From contig OW569388.1 of the NCBI GenBank assembly GCA_937625935.1, positions 124,001-188,000 on the forward strand: DNA of 64,000 nt, given 5' to 3'. A model generated the notes under the pieces. The model saw nothing but the letters and a program-made list of their open reading frames with translations. It was not told the DNA's origin and ran no database searches. Shown piece by piece: positions 1 to 12,316 of this stretch; position 1 is the stretch's first letter; each line of letters opens with the position of its first letter. Position numbers and translations under genes: made by a program. The stretch comes from Tetramitus jugosus (Eukaryota > Protista > Heterolobosea).

Positions 1-401
1 AGGTACTTTGTGTGAATTTGCAAGCTCTCCAAAAGGAGTTGATCGTATGCAATTTCGTCAACAGGACAATGTACGTAAACTGTAGATAAGGTAGCACACA
101 ACAATCCAGAACCGAACGACACTTGTCAAAAAAAAGGCAATTACGAAAAAAATCTGGCGAGCCTTCAATTGTCAATCAGGATAGTATTGCGGACATGCCG
201 CCAACAAATTATTTTTGTGCCCCAGACTGCTGAGCGGATTCTCAAAGCATAATCCCCTATCAGAGTTCACTATGTGTTTGTGGGAGAAGCATCACACAAC
301 AACCCATCACACAAAAGAAACAACATCACCACTCTCAAGATCCTCTTATCAAGAGCTAAATACTGAAGTTAGTTCCTTATACTGTTGTCCAATTCATCAC
401 A

Positions 402-875
402 ATGCATATTGAAGACCAAGAACGGATACCATTGAAGGGTTCTTCCACCACCATCAGTGCAATTGACAGAGTACGGAACGCAAATAGTATGAGTACTCGC
501 TCTCCAGCATCTCCAGTATGCAGCTCTTCTGCCTCAGTGGCATCTCCACCACATCTACAGGAAAGCAAGGACGATGACGACGTCGAAACCACTCACTACT
601 ACTACAACTCGACTGAGGAGCGATATCTTTCCAATCAGAAGCGATTTAATTCAATTCTCAAGGAGGAGAATCAAGAGGATAGTAGCAACAGCAGAAGTAT
701 TTTGTCCAGACTTAAGATTCTGGTCTACCTAGGATTGATGTGCTTGGTACTGTTAGTAGGTCTAGTGGCTATCAGTGCATTCTTTTTCGTGTTTCGGGTT
801 GTGAGCACCAATCACACGCCCGTGAAAACGAGTCCTGCAGTGAAAGATCCTTCTCCCTCACCAAAATTTGTCTAA
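402..875 (+). CDS. Hypothetical single-pass membrane protein (157 aa)
   Basis: ATG ORF, Ser-rich N-terminus, one hydrophobic segment ILVYLGLMCLVLLVGLVAISAFFFVF. Confidence 0.6.
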   Translation: MHIEDQERIPLKGSSTTISAIDRVRNANSMSTRSPASPVCSSSASVASPPHLQESKDDDDVETTHYYYNSTEERYLSNQKRFNSILKEENQEDSSNSRSILSRLKILVYLGLMCLVLLVGLVAISAFFFVFRVVSTNHTPVKTSPAVKDPSPSPKFV

Positions 876-1102
876 TTCTTGCGGGATTGATTGATGATTG
901 CGTAATCAACTCTTTCATCCTTAAATCTAGATATCGAGGAAAACAGCGACCGAAACGTGTTGGCCTTGAAATCATTTGTACCTCTACGATGTCCATTATA
1001 ATTCTCTCGGCAATCAACGAACCGAACCGAGAGTGACAACTATTTACTGTGAACGAAGTCTAAATAGATAACAACTTTTTCATAAATAACTTAACATTCA
1101 AT

Positions 1103-3633
1103 TTACTTTTTCGAGAGGCATTTTCGTTCAAAAGTGCCCAGCTCTTTGACATCAGTGCCACTGGCTTGTCTCTTCTCTACTAATTCAAGTTCTGAATACC
1201 ACCGTTCGAACATTTGAGACTGACGGAATGTCTCAAAGAATATCTTCTCCTTTCTGCCCTTGCTCTTCAAGAATTTTGTTTCATTGAAGACAAAGTTAGT
1301 GTCCTCCTTCGACATATAGCTTCTATAGTCACCAAAGTGTTCAATGAAGAAGCATAGGAAGGCATCAGCGACATCTTCGTTGTTAATCTTGGCACTTGCC
1401 CTAATGGTTTGAAGCTTTTTGGTCAATGCAGCAAAAGATTTTGCAGGCAGAATCTTGACATCGTCTCCTCCTTCAATTTTGTCACTATCCAAGTCAATAA
1501 TCACAACTTCCTCCATTGGTAACGTTTCAACAATACCTTTGTGTATGCTGAGCACACCAACAATAAACGGAACAGGTGAGCAAACATATTCCAACAGTGG
1601 CTTTGGAACCACTGGTATGAACACATGTTGCCAAGTGAATGGATAGACCATAGCCATACAAGAGTGGGTAATTGCAGACAAAATTGTGATCTCCCTAGAA
1701 TAAAATATGACTCTGCGCTCCAGTAAGAGCGAGGTAAACAGAGACAGTATCGAATTTACACTCAACTTTTGGAATAAATGACCAAAATCAATCTGTACAA
1801 TACCATGAAAAGATAGAGAAGGGGTAAGACTAAATGCGACCAAAATGGCACAAGAGAAAAACAAAGAGATACATACATATTCTAGCATTGGATCAGATGC
1901 ACCGGGCCGAGTCAATCGAATCTCTTCCATTTTTCCAGTCTTCAAATCTTGAGATTTGACTTGCACAGTCATACCAGGCTGCGGGAATGGATTTGCCAAC
2001 ACTGTTTTCAGGAAGGAAAACACAGCGACAGAACTGATGCTGTTACGCGATTCCACGTGATCCAACAGCTCTGAAAACAGATGGAAGCATGGATGAGATG
2101 ATATGATACAATAGGTGACTGGCCATCGCTTACCGACACCCTTGGTGAGCATACGTCGACAATATCCATGACGACGACTGCCATCGATATCCGTCAACAC
2201 AAAAGAATACGTTTCCTTCTCCAATGAATCAGTTTGTTGAATTATATCGATGTCTGGGAAGCAAAACGAGGGAATCGATTGCATCAGACCTACATTCTTC
2301 TTTTTTTGCACAATAGACGGTGGAAAAGAGTAACTGATCGCTGGATCCATCATACCCTTCTTCTTTGCGCTATCTTCCAATGACACAACAACAACAAACT
2401 CAAAAAGTGCCTTGTCCTCGCTCGATGCTACATATTCGGTCTGTTTCAGTCTCGTTTGTTGGTTCGATATGGAATCTTGTTCCATCAGCTCGTCCAATCG
2501 ACTCTTTTCATTCGAATTCAACGATGATACTCTCTTTGGAGGTGCTGTTGCAGAAGAAGTAGAAGGTGCAGCAGCATTAGACGAAGAGCTGCTGCCAGAA
2601 CTGGTCAGTGCTTGTGATGAACCCTTTCTCGTTTTAAACAAACCAGTTTTCTTCTCCAGTGATGACGACAATGCACTTCCATCCTTCTCGCTCGTCGGCG
2701 TCGATGAACTACTGTTGGTACCACTGTTACCACCGTTACTATTATTATTGTGAATGAATTGGGAAGCACTTCGAATACGATTACCAATTCCAGTCATGGC
2801 ATTCGACGTGATGGATGTCACTGAACCAAATGATCCTCTCTGTTGTTGTACTAATTGAGGTTGTTGTTGAGATGCGACTTGAGCAATTCGAACACTCAAC
2901 TCTGATTTATCATCTTGACTTGTATGATAATCTGATCCGTGATGGGATTTTGCCAATAATTCCAATCCTACAATATATGTCGTTGTTGTTATCATTGAAG
3001 AAGCAAACACAAAATTTCATCATTCATTAATTGAGCAAAGGAATTACAACAATAAACAACCTCCAAGCAATGACTTACCCTTAATCCAAGTAAATGTTTG
3101 CATTGGGTCCTCACACACCAAGTCCACTGTTCTATCATCACACACCAATGAAAAGCTCTGTCCTTCATACTGCTCTAAAAAATTCCTATGTTTTGGCTTA
3201 TTAAAGTTCTCGGTTTGTTGACCGACGAGCACTTGATTCACTTTTGAAAAACGAACTGATCATTCACACACCGACAATCATAATGATGAAAATTATCGAC
3301 AAGAAAGAAAATTGTTTTTTTAGCTTTTAGCTTTTCTCTTCAATCATTCAATGGTAACATACTCTTTGATCGATCAAATGCCTTGAGCTTACTCTCCCAA
3401 CAGAGACTCGTCTCATCCTCACTCACAAAAAATCGTCGAAATTTTGGCGCGCCAAATTTACTCCGCGGTACCTTGTACAACTGATCACCCAGTTTCAAAA
3501 ATTCAATGAGTTCTCTTTCCGAAGGTGTAAATGTCATCTTTGTCGTAGTAGTAGATGTTGTTGTATTCGTCGTAGTTGGCCTCACTCTAGGCGGTAGAGT
3601 AGGTGGGGTTTCTGCTTGGCTCCGCATCATCAT
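1103..3633 (-). CDS. PH + DENN domain Rab GEF (DENND2-like), 4 exons
   Basis: DENN motifs LFEFVVVV, IPSFCFPD, YSFVLTDIDGSRRHGYCRR, LLLERRVIF, YPFTWQHVFIPVVP; upstream exons give PLC-type PH (FLKLGDQLYK..RRFFVSEDETSLCWES..SFSLV..RTVDLVC..TWIKGL). Frame-consistent introns 3256-3362, 2968-3078, 1793-1876; start Met uncertain. Confidence 0.85.
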
Positions 3634-4282
3634 TGTTGGTGATTGTACGATATGAGAAAATAGAGTGGGTGATGTTGTTTTTGAGGTGGTATTGCTTGCT
3701 GGTGAGAGAAATGGTAGTGCTTCTCCGTTCCTTTTCAAAAAAAACTTTTTGTTTTTGGTTCCTTGTCGCTGTTTTGTCGCAATTTTTGGCTTCCCGTAAA
3801 TGTCCGCCTGTCATTTACGTGTCACATCCAAGAAACGATCAGTTTTCATCACACCAGGCGTCAATGCGTTGTCTTCCTTGCTCACTTGGGTTGTGGTATC
3901 AATCTTTTGCAACAAATATTATGAAAACTCTTCAATTTCGCTGAAATCGTGCCACTATCTTGCCTGGAGATATCAACCTGAACTCGCACGAGAGTATGTC
4001 CATTTCTCCGCTACTAGTTTCTGCACAAGGAGATAGGTACACTTTTGTTTTCTCCTTGTGTACCGCTCGTCGTTCCTGTTGCTGCCTGGTGGTTTCGATT
4101 CGACAGAAAATGGCAAAGTCCGGTTTTGAAGCCCCAAGAAAAAATGAATTGCTCAGATCTGCTACCCCTTCAAGGACTTTCTCCGGAGCAAGATTTCGCG
4201 AATCAGACATTGGGTTGTCACTGTTTGTGCGTTACGTCACACAACAACTTCCCAGTACTCACCAACACCACACAAAAGAATC

Positions 4283-6352
4283 ATGTACAACTCGGTACAA
4301 GTCGTTCCATTGTCTAGGATATCTCTTGCTGAATTGCTCAATGTGGATTTAGAATCATCAGAAGAGAACTCCTCTCCGCCATTCAACACGAACGACGAGT
4401 GTAATACGAGCAGACTGACCAACAGCAACAATTCCCTCACGTCAAATTCTCCACGGGTCACAGGGCAACACAAAGAACATGTCTTCGATACAAGTTTTGT
4501 AGGTGGGTTATCCACAAAAAACATTGAGTTGATACAGTCAAGGAGAAAGCAGAGCCAAGGAAAGATTCCATATCCCAATATTGATCAAGATAGAGGCAAC
4601 CACAAGATAAAGAAGCACAAGACTGGGAAAAAATTGTGGCTAAAGTCATGCTTGTGCAGTATTCGAAGCAAAACCCTCTTGAGTTTGTTCACATCAATTC
4701 TAGGTTTGATGATAGTTTTGGCTTGCTTGTTGATATTAGGGTATTCATTGACGTTCAATAAGCTAGGTCATGATATCGAAAAAGATTCTGTTTTGAGAGT
4801 TATGTTTAACATATTTGATGACTTTGATAGGACACTAGATAAGCAGATGGCTTATGGCGAGTGGGATGTTTTGTACGATGCTTTTATACCTGGTTCTTTC
4901 TCGTTTGAGAGATTGGACGCGTTTATTGCGGAAACCTTCTTTCCAGAGTACATGCAGTTGAGTCACAAGGTTAACTTTGTTGGTTTTTATTTCTTGAATG
5001 GAACGCTGGCCAGAAGTGTAGGAATCGATTTGAATACGTTAGAGTCTTTGGAATATCCTGAAGAATTACATTACTTACCTCCAGGTCATCCATTGAACAT
5101 AGGAATGGACATATTGGCCTATCGCAATGGTGGATTCATGGTATTGTCATCTGGCGATGTGCTATTAGCAACTTCAACTCCAATATTTGACGCTCTACGA
5201 AATGCCACCGATGGTATGTTGGTGTATGGTCGCTTGTTGGACTCACAAAAGTTGCAAGAAGTTGCACAACGATCCCAATTGTGTCTGACACTCGCTTCTA
5301 CGAGAACAATACATGACTCCAAGTTGAAAGAGAGAGTCAGAGATGCGAGATCAATTGTGTTAAATGTGACCAATTCGGACTGCGAGGATTGTGAACCATT
5401 TTACACAAGTTTTTGGAACTCTAACTCCAAGGATACGTTCTCTGGAGGAAGAAATAGAGTATGTTGGGCTGAGGACAGTGGACGGAAGAAGAGAACAGTC
5501 TCCTACTTCGTCGATAGTGACATGTTTGGTCAGAAAGCAGTTGTATTTCGTATTGATCAGGCTCAGACTCTAGTATCTTTAGCGGTTCGTGCTTTTATGT
5601 TTTGCTATGGAGTTGTGTGCATCATAGTGCTCATAATAGCTATAATCATTGTTATCTTTACAGAGTTAACGGTGTTGAGGCCAATTTCTCAACTAATTGA
5701 AAGTCTCAGTAATATTGTCCAAACGAATGACATCTCAAGCAAGATTAAACTTGTGGATTATGGAGAGATTGGAGTCATGACACAATCCATTAATGGCTTG
5801 CTGCTATCGTTGCAAAACACACTTCAGACTTCCCTTGATGAGAAGGATAACTTACAAAATGTATTGAATATATCAGATGTGCAAGACATAGCACTCGAGA
5901 CAGTGATGAATCAATTGGATCATATTATTATTCTTGTGAGTATGTCTGGTGCTATTGTCAGAGCAAATCATTCATTTTATACCCAATTAGGTCATGACCC
6001 GAGCAGTGGAGCCCATCAAGATACCATGATGCTCCCACGAGTTCTTGGAAATGAAACCATCATGAGACAGTTAGCAGAAGAGTGTGAAAGAGCTGGGAAT
6101 GATGAATGCTCGTTCGAAACCGATATTAGAGGAATGAAGCCTGTCACTGGAACATCCACATTCATGGTAAGAGCAAAGAAGTTGAAAGCAATTGCATCAG
6201 GACCCCGGAATTCTGCTCTTGACAAAACATCCAATGTCTATCTCCTGATTGCTCGGGATATGGAGGACGACACGGATGATTTACGTGCTCTGCTCAAGAG
6301 ACACCAAGAAGCCTTGGCTTCACTCCAACAGCATGAACCAACTCACATATAA
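4283..6352 (+). CDS. Membrane sensor: TM-CHASE4-TM-HAMP-PAS, no evident output domain
   Basis: Two TM helices flank a CHASE4-like region (YGEWDVLYDAF, G-MLVYGRLLD); HAMP VLRPISQL..GEIGVMTQSINGLL; PAS-like SGAIVRANHSFYTQLGH. Confidence 0.75.
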   Translation: MYNSVQVVPLSRISLAELLNVDLESSEENSSPPFNTNDECNTSRLTNSNNSLTSNSPRVTGQHKEHVFDTSFVGGLSTKNIELIQSRRKQSQGKIPYPNIDQDRGNHKIKKHKTGKKLWLKSCLCSIRSKTLLSLFTSILGLMIVLACLLILGYSLTFNKLGHDIEKDSVLRVMFNIFDDFDRTLDKQMAYGEWDVLYDAFIPGSFSFERLDAFIAETFFPEYMQLSHKVNFVGFYFLNGTLARSVGIDLNTLESLEYPEELHYLPPGHPLNIGMDILAYRNGGFMVLSSGDVLLATSTPIFDALRNATDGMLVYGRLLDSQKLQEVAQRSQLCLTLASTRTIHDSKLKERVRDARSIVLNVTNSDCEDCEPFYTSFWNSNSKDTFSGGRNRVCWAEDSGRKKRTVSYFVDSDMFGQKAVVFRIDQAQTLVSLAVRAFMFCYGVVCIIVLIIAIIIVIFTELTVLRPISQLIESLSNIVQTNDISSKIKLVDYGEIGVMTQSINGLLLSLQNTLQTSLDEKDNLQNVLNISDVQDIALETVMNQLDHIIILVSMSGAIVRANHSFYTQLGHDPSSGAHQDTMMLPRVLGNETIMRQLAEECERAGNDECSFETDIRGMKPVTGTSTFMVRAKKLKAIASGPRNSALDKTSNVYLLIARDMEDDTDDLRALLKRHQEALASLQQHEPTHI

Positions 6353-6581
6353 AACAAACTCCTCATTTACACCAAGCGGGAAAACTAAATATCCCTGATC
6401 ATACGCGTGTCAAGGACTTCATCTCTTACCCATCAAAAAGCAATTGTTATTCTTGACCAATGTCTGTTCTGACATCACCAACAAGGAAAATCAATTAGAG
6501 AACTAAAAAGTCCTACAAACACCAAAACCCACCAAAAAAAAACACGCCGCTCACATTTGCACACAAAACCAACAACACACA

Positions 6582-8789
6582 ATGCATGATTCATCGACTC
6601 TCATTGAGGCGCAGGACACTCTCAACAGTACCAACGCCATCAAATGGTTCAAACAACTCAATGAATACAAGAGTCTCTTCACAGTCAACCTGTCTGAACC
6701 AGTGTACTCGAGTCCACAGTCACCCATGACCACTCTCACCTCCAAGGCCCTATCCGGTGCATTGCGCAACTGTCAAGTAAGAAGCTTGTGTTGGAGAATA
6801 TTCTTGGGAGTGTTGTCTGAGCCTTCTCAGTCCCACTTGTGGACTCAACAGTTGAATGTGAATCGTGAGAGGTATGAACAGTTGATTCAGACGCATATTG
6901 TGAATCCGAGGAACAACAAGACTGAGAATGAAGAAGATTTGATTGACAATAATCCATTGTCTCAATCCGAATCCGTATGTCTCTATCATTGTTATTATAT
7001 GATGATTCAAAGCTTTTTGTTCATCACGTTGTTGTTTTGTTAGGAACAGCTCACCTCAGCTCACACTCACACACACAAAAAAATATTACACATAAATGAT
7101 TTGCATGTTCATTGGAATGCAATCAAAAAAAAACAAATCGTCTTTCAATCTTTCAAATGATGAACTTGAAGAATCCATGGAGTCAATTCTTTGAGAATTC
7201 AGAGTTGGAAAAGGTGATTGAACAAGACTTGTTGCGACTGTATCCGGAGCATGATTTTTTCAAGGAGGATCTTGTGGTGAAACTGATGCAACGAGTGCTC
7301 TTTTTGTGGTCAAAGGAGAATCCTGATACGTCGTACCGTCAGGGCATGCACGAGCTCTTGGCACCATTTGTGCTCGTGTTCTATAGAGATGCGAAATCTA
7401 CTCAGAGAGCATTGGAGGAACGAGTGAGTGAGGATGATGTGGAAGATGCAGCACTATTGCGTCACATTTTTGATTTTAATTATTTGGAGAATGATTGTTT
7501 CTTGGCGTTTGAGAGACTCATGATCAAAATGAAGGAGTACTTTCAAGTGGTGGAGATACCGAGACAGTCAAAGAAGCGTGATGTAACAGGTTTGATTGAT
7601 CATAACGCAATCGTGGATGACACGATATCAAAAACACCGATTCATCAAATTTGTAATCGAATTCAATGTATTTTGTTAGCAAAGAAAGATAAGGAGTTGC
7701 ATGACTATTTGAAGGATTTGAGTATCGAGCCTCAGATTTATTTGTTGAGATGGATTCGATTGTTGTTTGGCAGAGAGTTCCACTTGGAGGATGTAATGAT
7801 GATTTGGGACGCTATATTTGCTGATTGTGGAGGTTTTAGAAACACAGACATTGACTCCACATTGATTGATTTGTCTATTGTCGAGCATATATCCATTGTG
7901 ATGTTGGTTTATATTCGTGGCCAATTGATGGACACTGATTTTAGCTCCTGTCTCAGACGACTTATGAAGTATCCACCTGTTGAAGATGTTTACATGTTTG
8001 TCGAGAAGGGGCTTCAATCACGAAACAACCCAAGTCAGCCAGTGTCAATTCATCAGAATAATGAACCAAAGGTCGAAACTCGATCACGTGTAACTCCACC
8101 AACACCATCGACAGCCGAAAAGAAGTCAAAGTCGGCTAATTTATTCTCAATGCCTTCTCATGGTCTATTTAGCTTCAAGGAATCTTCAGTTACTCCTCTC
8201 GGCCAATTGAACGGTAGCACGAATAAGCCTCCACCTTCTCCTTCAGTCACAACTTCACTCTTCACAACGACTCCAAAGGGATTCGTGAGCGTGAATCGTG
8301 GTGAAAGTGTTGATAGTCTCATTGACAAGGAAGTGGGAATGGGCAATGTCATGGAAAAAGTAATCGATGTCATGCAGCGAGTTGTTCTGGAAAGAGAGGA
8401 AGGATTCGATGAAAATGCATTCTTTATGTGTATTGCCGAATTGAAACATGTAAGTAATCGGAGTATTGTGTGAACAATCTTACCCATTGTGAATGATATA
8501 CTAACTAATTTGTTTGTTGAAAAAGGTTCGAGATGTTCTCAAGTTCCAATTACCATATGAAAAGACAAACCTTGCCTGGATGGACGACCTGGAGAAGGAG
8601 AGGAAAGAAAAGAAACATACAACCACGTCGACTGCACATCCAACAAAGACTCAAACCAAATCGCCTGATGCTGCATCACAACATCAGCAAGAGACCACAG
8701 AGTCCTCAACGTTGACAAGCAGCCTACACAACCTGGAAGACAATGACGAGGAAGGTGGCTTCTTTGATGATCCTTTGCTCTCCACCTAA
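6582..8789 (+). CDS. TBC1D5: TBC-domain Rab GAP, TBC1D5-like, 3 exons
   Basis: RSLCWRIFLGVL, NNPLSQ..NPWSQFF, IEQDLLRLYPE, YRQGMHELLAP, YLLRWIRLLFGREF, C-terminal AELKHVRDVLK; introns 6975-7171 and 8450-8525. Confidence 0.88.
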
Positions 8790-9252
8790 AAAAACATCGG
8801 GCTTTCAATTTTTGTAAAATACGCTGTCACCTGTCACGCCAACAAATCACTTTTCGTGCGTCGAACCCGAACCAAAACAACGAAACAATCAGTTGCAGTG
8901 AAGCGCTACGCATAAATAAGCACACACGCACAACATCATCGTCGTCTCCCCTTGATAGATTTCTAATATCGCAATGTTGCGTCTATTGGATGAAACTGGT
9001 GATGAGTGGCTAGAGATAGTCGACGATTCAACCAAGGCCACCTACTATTACAACAAGAGGTAAAAATGACCACTGAAATATCACTCAGAAGCACGAGAAA
9101 AGATGTTACTTTTTTTTGAAACGTGAAAAGCTTTCTCTCTTTTTCTATTTGCTTTCTCTCCAATTTCAATCAATTTGATTTCGCTAACACCATTATATCA
9201 TCATTATCATCCATTATATCATATCATAATAATAATAATAATAATAATAACA

Positions 9253-12246
9253 ATGAAAATACTATCAATGTTTAGAACTGGTGTGAGCACATGGAGCAAA
9301 CCCAATTTAGTTTCAACTGAAGCTACTACAACTACAACTACTACTGAAACTACGACAACAAGTGAAACAGTTGTCGTGGTGGAAAATATTGTTGTTCCTA
9401 TTGAGAGTAGTGAAAAAGTGGTTGATACGAGCGACACAACGGACACTGTCCACATGAATCATACAAGTGACAACAACAACAACAACAATAATGATAACGA
9501 TAATAATAATAACGATATTCATGAACCAACAGCATCATCAGCATCTAATGATCAACACGTAGCAATTGAAGAAGAGCAACATCCAGTCAAAGTTACAGCA
9601 GTTGCAGTTGAAAAAGAAGCAGAACAACAAACAACAACAACAGCAACAGCAACAACTACAACAGACGACAAACAAGAAAATGTACCATTAGCATCAGTGA
9701 ATCAACAACAACAACAACAACAATCAACAGAGGAAGAACAAGCCTTGGTAGACAGTGTAACAACAACAACTACAATAGCAACTACAGAACTACTAGCATC
9801 AGAGGTAGTTCTTGCTGCGCCACAACAAAAAGTTCAATCTGTTGGTTCAACATCCGAAAATCAAGAGGACAAAAAAACGGATGCTGTGCTGCTTTCATCC
9901 TCAACCTCAGTAGTTGCTCCCGTTGCGATTCAATGTGTATGGAGAGAACTCTTTGATGCATCTACTAACCGTCCCTACTATTACAATGATCAAACATTGT
10001 TAAGCGTTTGGGATAAGCCAGCCGAATTGTGCGAGTATGAATCTCAATTAGCAAAGCAGCTTGAGCTCAATGTACAGACCAACAACAATAGCAACAATAG
10101 CAACTCCACTGATTCCAATCGTTCTTCTCGCAACATTGATCAAGCACGTCTCTCATTGACTAATAACAACAACAACAATAATAGTCGTAACAGTAGTAGC
10201 AACAATAGCAGTCCAAGTCAAAGAAACAGTGCTGTGATTCGCAACTCCAAGAAGCGTCTCTCTCAATATGATGAAATGCTTGCAATGGCACTTGAGAAGC
10301 GAAAGAGTACTCGTTTTGTGTCTGATGGTGTTCTGCATGAGGAACCATCGAGCTCTTCAATGAATTCTGATGGTGCAGCAGAATCCAATCAAGCCCTGAT
10401 TGCCTCTATGTTGATGGCTTCTTCACCTACGGTTGAAGCGTTGATACTGGAGGATGATAAGAACTCGAGAAGACAATCTCAGAGAAGAAGCATGGCCAGG
10501 ATGCATGTGAGATCATCGAGCACTGATCAAATTTTGAATGATTTGAGCAATAGCAATGCCAATAACAACAATTCAAGCAAATGTGATCACGTGGGAAAGA
10601 GCAGAGATGCTGGTCAAATGACTCTTCCATTGTTGAGCATTCCATCATTTGGAAATCTTGATATGGCAGCTTCCAGCAGTAATGCAAGTAGTTCATCTTC
10701 AGGTGCAAGTGGAGAGCTTAGTGGTTCTGCTACGACACGTGCCATGTCTTCCAAGGAACTGCGCAATCATAATTTACAACGAGTGAACAATGATAAGCGT
10801 AGAAGTACCATTTTGAACCATCCTGTCTACATTCCAAACTCTGTCAGACATTCTCCATCGACCAAGAAGAGACCAACCTCCACTGCCTTCTTGTTCAATC
10901 AAATTCCATTAAAGTGTACTGGAAAGAACACTTTGGTCACGTACGGACAAGCAAAGTTCCAACAGCATCGAAAGGGATTGTTTAGAACTGTTGTTCCCAC
11001 CAACAAGATGCTTCTCTTCACAAAAGATAAGCTCAAGGACACTTTGCATGAGATGTCACGTGAGGCACACACAACACTGTGCCTCACCTTCTTCGATCTG
11101 GTTCAGCTGTACATGTTGGACAGAAAGTACAAGGACTTGCAAGCAACCTCAAAGGAGTTCATGATGAAGCAGTGTCAATTCTCTGAGACTGACTCTGAAA
11201 AACTGACCAAGGACGTGTACGATGCAGATGTGAAGCTTGCAAAGGCCATTCTTACCATTTGTCTCAATGAGGTTGTGATACGAAACGAGTGCATGATTCT
11301 GTTGTGTAAGCAGTGCAATGGAAATCCAAATCCAACAAGAGCTGTTCGAGGTCTTCAATTGCTTGCTCTGTTCCTCACTGCGTTCCCACCAACGCTTGCC
11401 ATTCTGCAGGAAGCAGTGTGTCACTTCCTTCAAGTGTTGCCACTGGACCCTAGAGCAACAGATGAGATGAGAACCATGTGTATCGTGGCAGAGAAGAGAC
11501 TGCGAAGAAGTGTATTGACCGGTCCTCGGAAATCAATGCTCAGTGATACAGAGTTCCGCAATATGACACACCGAGAGAAGGCCACAATCGAACCTAGTGT
11601 GTTTGGTGTAACAATAGAAGAGTATGTCAATTGGCAAAATGAGCACATTTTGGATCAGGCGAATGAACACAACAATGATCCCGTGATCCTTGTCATCTTG
11701 TCCGAAGCCATCGAACGACTCGGTGGATTCGAAACAGAGGGCATTTTCCGTCTGCCAGGTCATACACAACAAGTTGAACAATTGAGAGATGAACTCGCTC
11801 AGCTGCAATTGGTCAATGGAAAGAAGCAAATGGTGATTGGCAGCTGGGTGAAGGATCCACACGTTTGTGCCTCCGTTTTCAAGCTTTGGCTGAGAGAGTT
11901 GGCTGATCCTATCATTCCTGATGCGTTTTATCAGAAAGCTGTGGACTCTTCTCAAAACTTCGATGCATGTCTCGATGTGGCTAAACAGCTACCTGATGAC
12001 AACCGTATCATTCTCAATTTTGTGGTCCACTTCCTGTCGAGACTGTCCGAGGAAGCAGTCATCAAACAAACGAAGATGACAATTGAAAATCTGGCTGTGG
12101 TATTTGCACCAAACATCCTGAGAAGCAAGTCAATAGATCCAATGACCATTATGAAGAACAGCAATAATGAGAAACAGTTTGTAAAGACACTTGTGGCTGC
12201 CAATGTGGAGGCTGCCAAGAGAGGAGAACTTCTCATGGAAACATAA
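9253..12246 (+). CDS. WW + MyTH4 + RhoGAP protein (ARHGAP39/Vilse-like) with long low-complexity N-terminus
   Basis: WW WRELFDASTNRPYYYN..SVWDKP; MyTH4 RNECMILLCKQCNGNP..GLQLLALFLTAFPP; RhoGAP EGIFRLPG, SVFKLWLRELADP, KMTIENLAVVFAPNIL. Confidence 0.88.
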   Translation: MKILSMFRTGVSTWSKPNLVSTEATTTTTTTETTTTSETVVVVENIVVPIESSEKVVDTSDTTDTVHMNHTSDNNNNNNNDNDNNNNDIHEPTASSASNDQHVAIEEEQHPVKVTAVAVEKEAEQQTTTTATATTTTDDKQENVPLASVNQQQQQQQSTEEEQALVDSVTTTTTIATTELLASEVVLAAPQQKVQSVGSTSENQEDKKTDAVLLSSSTSVVAPVAIQCVWRELFDASTNRPYYYNDQTLLSVWDKPAELCEYESQLAKQLELNVQTNNNSNNSNSTDSNRSSRNIDQARLSLTNNNNNNNSRNSSSNNSSPSQRNSAVIRNSKKRLSQYDEMLAMALEKRKSTRFVSDGVLHEEPSSSSMNSDGAAESNQALIASMLMASSPTVEALILEDDKNSRRQSQRRSMARMHVRSSSTDQILNDLSNSNANNNNSSKCDHVGKSRDAGQMTLPLLSIPSFGNLDMAASSSNASSSSSGASGELSGSATTRAMSSKELRNHNLQRVNNDKRRSTILNHPVYIPNSVRHSPSTKKRPTSTAFLFNQIPLKCTGKNTLVTYGQAKFQQHRKGLFRTVVPTNKMLLFTKDKLKDTLHEMSREAHTTLCLTFFDLVQLYMLDRKYKDLQATSKEFMMKQCQFSETDSEKLTKDVYDADVKLAKAILTICLNEVVIRNECMILLCKQCNGNPNPTRAVRGLQLLALFLTAFPPTLAILQEAVCHFLQVLPLDPRATDEMRTMCIVAEKRLRRSVLTGPRKSMLSDTEFRNMTHREKATIEPSVFGVTIEEYVNWQNEHILDQANEHNNDPVILVILSEAIERLGGFETEGIFRLPGHTQQVEQLRDELAQLQLVNGKKQMVIGSWVKDPHVCASVFKLWLRELADPIIPDAFYQKAVDSSQNFDACLDVAKQLPDDNRIILNFVVHFLSRLSEEAVIKQTKMTIENLAVVFAPNILRSKSIDPMTIMKNSNNEKQFVKTLVAANVEAAKRGELLMET

Positions 12247-12316
12247 AACGAATTCCAAAAAAACAAAACAAAAACAATGGATAAAAAGATAATATTTTGT
12301 GTCTCATGGCTTTGTT

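Noticed and set aside
9226-10200. AAT/AAC/ACA trinucleotide runs as possible arrays
   Set aside because: Ordinary microsatellite and low-complexity coding tracts with no repeat-spacer structure; no CRISPR, tRNA or rRNA recognised in the window
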